From positions 31,372,001 to 31,436,000 of the forward strand of contig JANJGN010000025.1 in NCBI GenBank assembly GCA_026770705.1: DNA of 64,000 nt, read 5' to 3'. Below, piece by piece: positions 60,860 to 64,000 of the stretch; the stretch's first letter is position 1; every line of letters starts with the position of its first letter. A model generated the notes under the pieces. The model saw only the letters and a list, made by a program, of their open reading frames with translations, was not told the DNA's origin and searched no databases. Position numbers and translations under genes: made by a program. This stretch comes from Isurus oxyrinchus. Lineage: Eukaryota.

Positions 60860-61800
60860 CTATTCTAATGCCGTGTTTTCCTTCAAGCACCACTGATTAA
60901 ATCTTAAAACATTAAATGCTGATGGATGTGAAATAGTGCACCTGCACTGTTAAGTGATGGGAGGTTAGAAGCCTGCACTCGCCAGCCTGAGTCACTGACT
61001 CCTAAGACCTCATCTGTCTCAATCTCTGCTGCCAGCTGACATTGTACAAGCAGGCACAATTAATAATGGTGTTATCCACTAGCGCCACTATAGACATCCT
61101 GATGAAGAGATTCTAACCCTTGCTACAAAAGCACTTCAGAGAAGGCCAAACGGTCACCTCTCCGCCTTTAAATTCAGGACTCCACCTTGCCACCGAGTCT
61201 CATCAGACCATATTCTCACAGCAAAAATAAAAGATCAAGTGCTACTGGTTATTATGTTATTTTTTCCTCCTTGTCCATGAGGGAAGGCTGAGACCAGTTA
61301 TGGATTAACAAAATGATCAATAGTTCCTTGCTGCCTTTCTCGGTGGGGGAAAATGAACTCCAAACACAGTCAAACTCTTATTGATCAGAAGATAGCTTTC
61401 ACTTTCATTACCACTGTCTCCTGATAACCCACAAATAATGTGATGAGCTGGTAATCTCTCTGATTTTCAATGGACCCTTCGCCCTCTCATCTCTGGCAGG
61501 ACTTTCATTTTTTTTTCCTTGATAAATCCTTTCACATAATTTATGCAGGAGCTCTTTGCCAGGTTTATCAGACTGTGCCACTCACAAAACACTAATTTTG
61601 GCGTGGCCACTATCTAGCATTTTCAATTTTTTTTGTTTTGAATGTCTTCACACTATCTCAGTACGGCATTAATAAAACAGTGATTGATTAATAAGTCAAT
61701 AATCAATCAGATTGGCATTAAATGTGTGAAGCAGATTTAGCTTTACACATGAGAAATGCAAACACTGCTAAATTATTTAAAAGTGAGACACAAAAAATTA
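60860..61800. promoter_or_regulatory. Candidate CNE cluster in a TE-free island
   Basis: TGATTAA, TGATGGAT (~60920), TGAGTCA, CAGCTGACA, GATA sites, and an inverted TGATTGATTA pair at 61681-61709. Confidence 0.5.
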
Positions 61801-63185
61801 CAGGTATAATTGTGTAGATTAATTATAAATATAATTACAAGTACATAATTCATTTTTAGGAAGCATATTGTATATTTTTGGAGATATCAACATTTCTTCA
61901 GGATCCAGGCATCGCATGTGCAGCTCAAGAGCAAGCCTGATACAATTTATTATATTTTCATTTAGTCTGTAGCTTGGCTTCTTTATAAAGCAAATGCATC
62001 TTTCTCATAACATATGTGGCCATTTAAGAACTATGGAACTTCAGTGAAGGAAGCAGCTTTCTTGAAATAACTGGTGTGTTTGTTTGTATGTATGTGTGAG
62101 TGAGTGAGTGTGTGCGTAAGTAGGTGCACACCAGCATGTATAAGACACATTGTCAGTGGTCTATTAAAGTACTTACATATGCTACAGATATTGCTCTAAT
62201 ATTTTACAGTGTGTCAACTAGGAGCAGTAAAATCTTACCAGTAGTATTGAGTGTTTGCTTTTATGGAATTTTAGTGCAGTGAATTGAGGAATGCATCAGC
62301 ATATCTAGTTCATATAAACATGATGATTGGCATTTTGATGCACTCATAATAGTAACACTATTTCTCACCGTGAATCTTTACAGCACTCTGAAGCTGGTAT
62401 TGCCACTAGATACTGAAAAATTCAGCAGAGATTTACTAGTTAAGATCTGCCAGGGACTTATCGCTCACAACCACAACAGGATATTTTAATATTTCGTGCT
62501 TACATTTCAGGGTTCCTTGCTGGTGTCATTTCATTAACACATTATTAAGAGTATTGACATTTTTAACAAAAAGTGCATAAGGGTTTTATATAATTGCTGT
62601 AATTGTTAATTAGATTTATGATAAGAGGAAGGAGTATTGTGCCATAATTGCTTTTCAGACTTTGGTAATGGTGGTGGTCCTAATCCCCAGTGCCCAGTTT
62701 GGGTGGTGGAACTACAGCTGAAAGACATATAAGATAACTGTGTCCATTTCCAAACATCTGTTTGATGCAGCTCCTTAAAATGGCTAAATAGAAATACAGA
62801 CAGGAGGTTTCAGGCACAGAGAGGGGGTGGGTGGGGGGACCCTTATCAGAACATGCTTTATTACTTTACTTTAAGGATTACATTTTAATGAAATATTCCT
62901 GTGCTTCTAGATCTGAAAAAGTGTGTCATTTCTAAATATTGTCAGGATTTTTTGTTTTGGGGGATGGGGAGTGGGAGCAGGCATGGGCGGACGCGAATCC
63001 GATCACCACTTGCGATCGGGTGCGCTCTGCCATTTTATGACTCACGTGGATAACAGGAGTGTGCAGGCGGCAGCGGGTGTGCACAGACCACCAGGTCCAA
63101 AGTCTGTCTGCTTAAAAGAAGGCCTGGCAGCCTCCTCTGTAGGCTGCTCACAATGGCCAGTTACAGGTTGCACCAGAGTGTGTGC

Positions 63186-63377
63186 AGGCCAGGCTGGAGG
63201 GAAGGCCAGAGGAGTAGGCCAGGCTACAGGGTAGGCCAGAGGAGCAGGGCAGGCTGTAGGGTAGGCCAGAGGAGCAGGGCAGGCTGTAGGGTAGGCCAGA
63301 GGAGCAGGGCCGGCTGTAGGGTAGGCCAGAGGAGCAGGGCAGGCTGCAGGGTAGGCCAGAGGAGCAGGGCAGGCTGC
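63186..63377. repeat. 30-bp minisatellite (GTAGGCCAGAGGAGCAGGGCAGGCTGTAGG) x ~6
   Basis: Near-identical units at 63231, 63261, 63291 and 63321, a partial unit at 63351, and a variant at 63201. Confidence 0.95.
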
Positions 63378-63391
63378 TGAGTGGACCAGTG

Positions 63392-63619
63392 GAGGGCCAA
63401 AGCGCCCCTCGGCTTTCTGATGAATGCCTTGCTGCCCTCTTCTAGGAGGTGGCAGCACGGCGGGAGGTGTTGGTTCCCCAGGATGGGAGGAGGAGGCCCC
63501 TCCAGATGACCAAACGTGCCTGGGAGGAGGTGGTGTAGGTGGTGAGATCCTGTGACATGGTGCAGCGCACCTGGATCCAGTGCCGCAAGATCTTCAATTA
63601 TTTGTTGCGCTCTGGCAGG
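63392..63619 (+). pseudogene. Myb/SANT-like (trihelix, NAIF1-type) DNA-binding domain of a Harbinger accessory ORF, inactivated
   Basis: Manual translation: EGQSAPRLSDECLAALF*EVAARREVLVPQDGRRRPLQMTKRAWEEVV*VVRSCDMVQRTWIQCRKIFNYLLRSGR. TAG stops at 63443 and 63536. Donor-like AGG/GCGAGT at 63620. Confidence 0.8.
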
Positions 63620-64000
63620 GCGAGTACCATCTGGGCATTGGGCATTTAACCCAGCAGGTAGCCTTACCCTCTGAGGCACCCCCCCCCCCCCCCCCCCCCA
63701 CCCCCACCCCACCAAATCTTACGTTCATGACTGCATTGAATCATTTAGGGCATTTATCCTTCGTTGGGTGGCCAAGCAGATAGTGCTCATGCTGAGATCA
63801 GCCTGAATGGGTCATGAGGAGATGAGTTTTCCCCTGCACCATGTGTTGTCCTTAGTCGCACATAACTAGTTTGGGGGCGGCCTGGAGGAGCTGCAGCAGG
63901 CGCATACTCAGAACTCCAGGACATGTCCTATTCAGGGTGATGAGATGGTGGAAGGGGAACCTCAGGGTGTCAAAAAACCATCTGCTGCCCTCTACACTGC

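Larger units (their letters stand above)
62941..64000 (+). mobile_element. PIF/Harbinger-type DNA transposon, left part (continues past the window)
   Basis: Abrupt GC/CpG rise at GTCAGGATTTT (TIR-like start), subterminal hairpin CCGATC...GATCGG, and a Myb/SANT-like ORF relic. Confidence 0.75.

Noticed and set aside
61075-61095. CTCF site at CCACTAGCGCCACTATAG
   Set aside because: Only the GGCGCTA end matches; the core CCASYAG positions do not.
63186-63377. 30-bp repeats as a CRISPR array
   Set aside because: Head-to-tail units with no unique spacers, no cas genes, and a eukaryotic context.
63042-63715. Repetitive ORFs (PAPLAYPTAC; LQPALLLWPT; GQRSRAGCRV)
   Set aside because: Alternative-frame readings of the 30-bp minisatellite. 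The meaningful frame is the interrupted Myb/SANT one.

Overview
Vertebrate genomic DNA, most likely from a cartilaginous fish (shark); this is inferred from the repeat families and was not database-checked. The window has no intact protein-coding gene. It opens inside the 3' UTR of NR2F2 (COUP-TFII, + strand), recognised from memory of the human NR2F2 3' UTR, and runs into the downstream gene desert. The main structure is a two-part architecture. Bases ~1-45.8 kb are AT-rich yet retain CpG, are nearly free of transposons, and are dense in enhancer-like motif blocks and long G/C homopolymers, resembling a DNA-methylation valley around a developmental regulator. Bases ~46-64 kb are CpG-depleted and full of decayed CR1 and L2 LINEs and SINEs, with one TE-free motif-rich island (~59.9-62.9 kb) and a Harbinger-type transposon carrying a broken Myb/SANT ORF at the end. 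Copies of the same repeat families on both sides of the boundary act as an internal methylation control. I found no convincing novel protein-coding system; the best leads are regulatory or non-coding.
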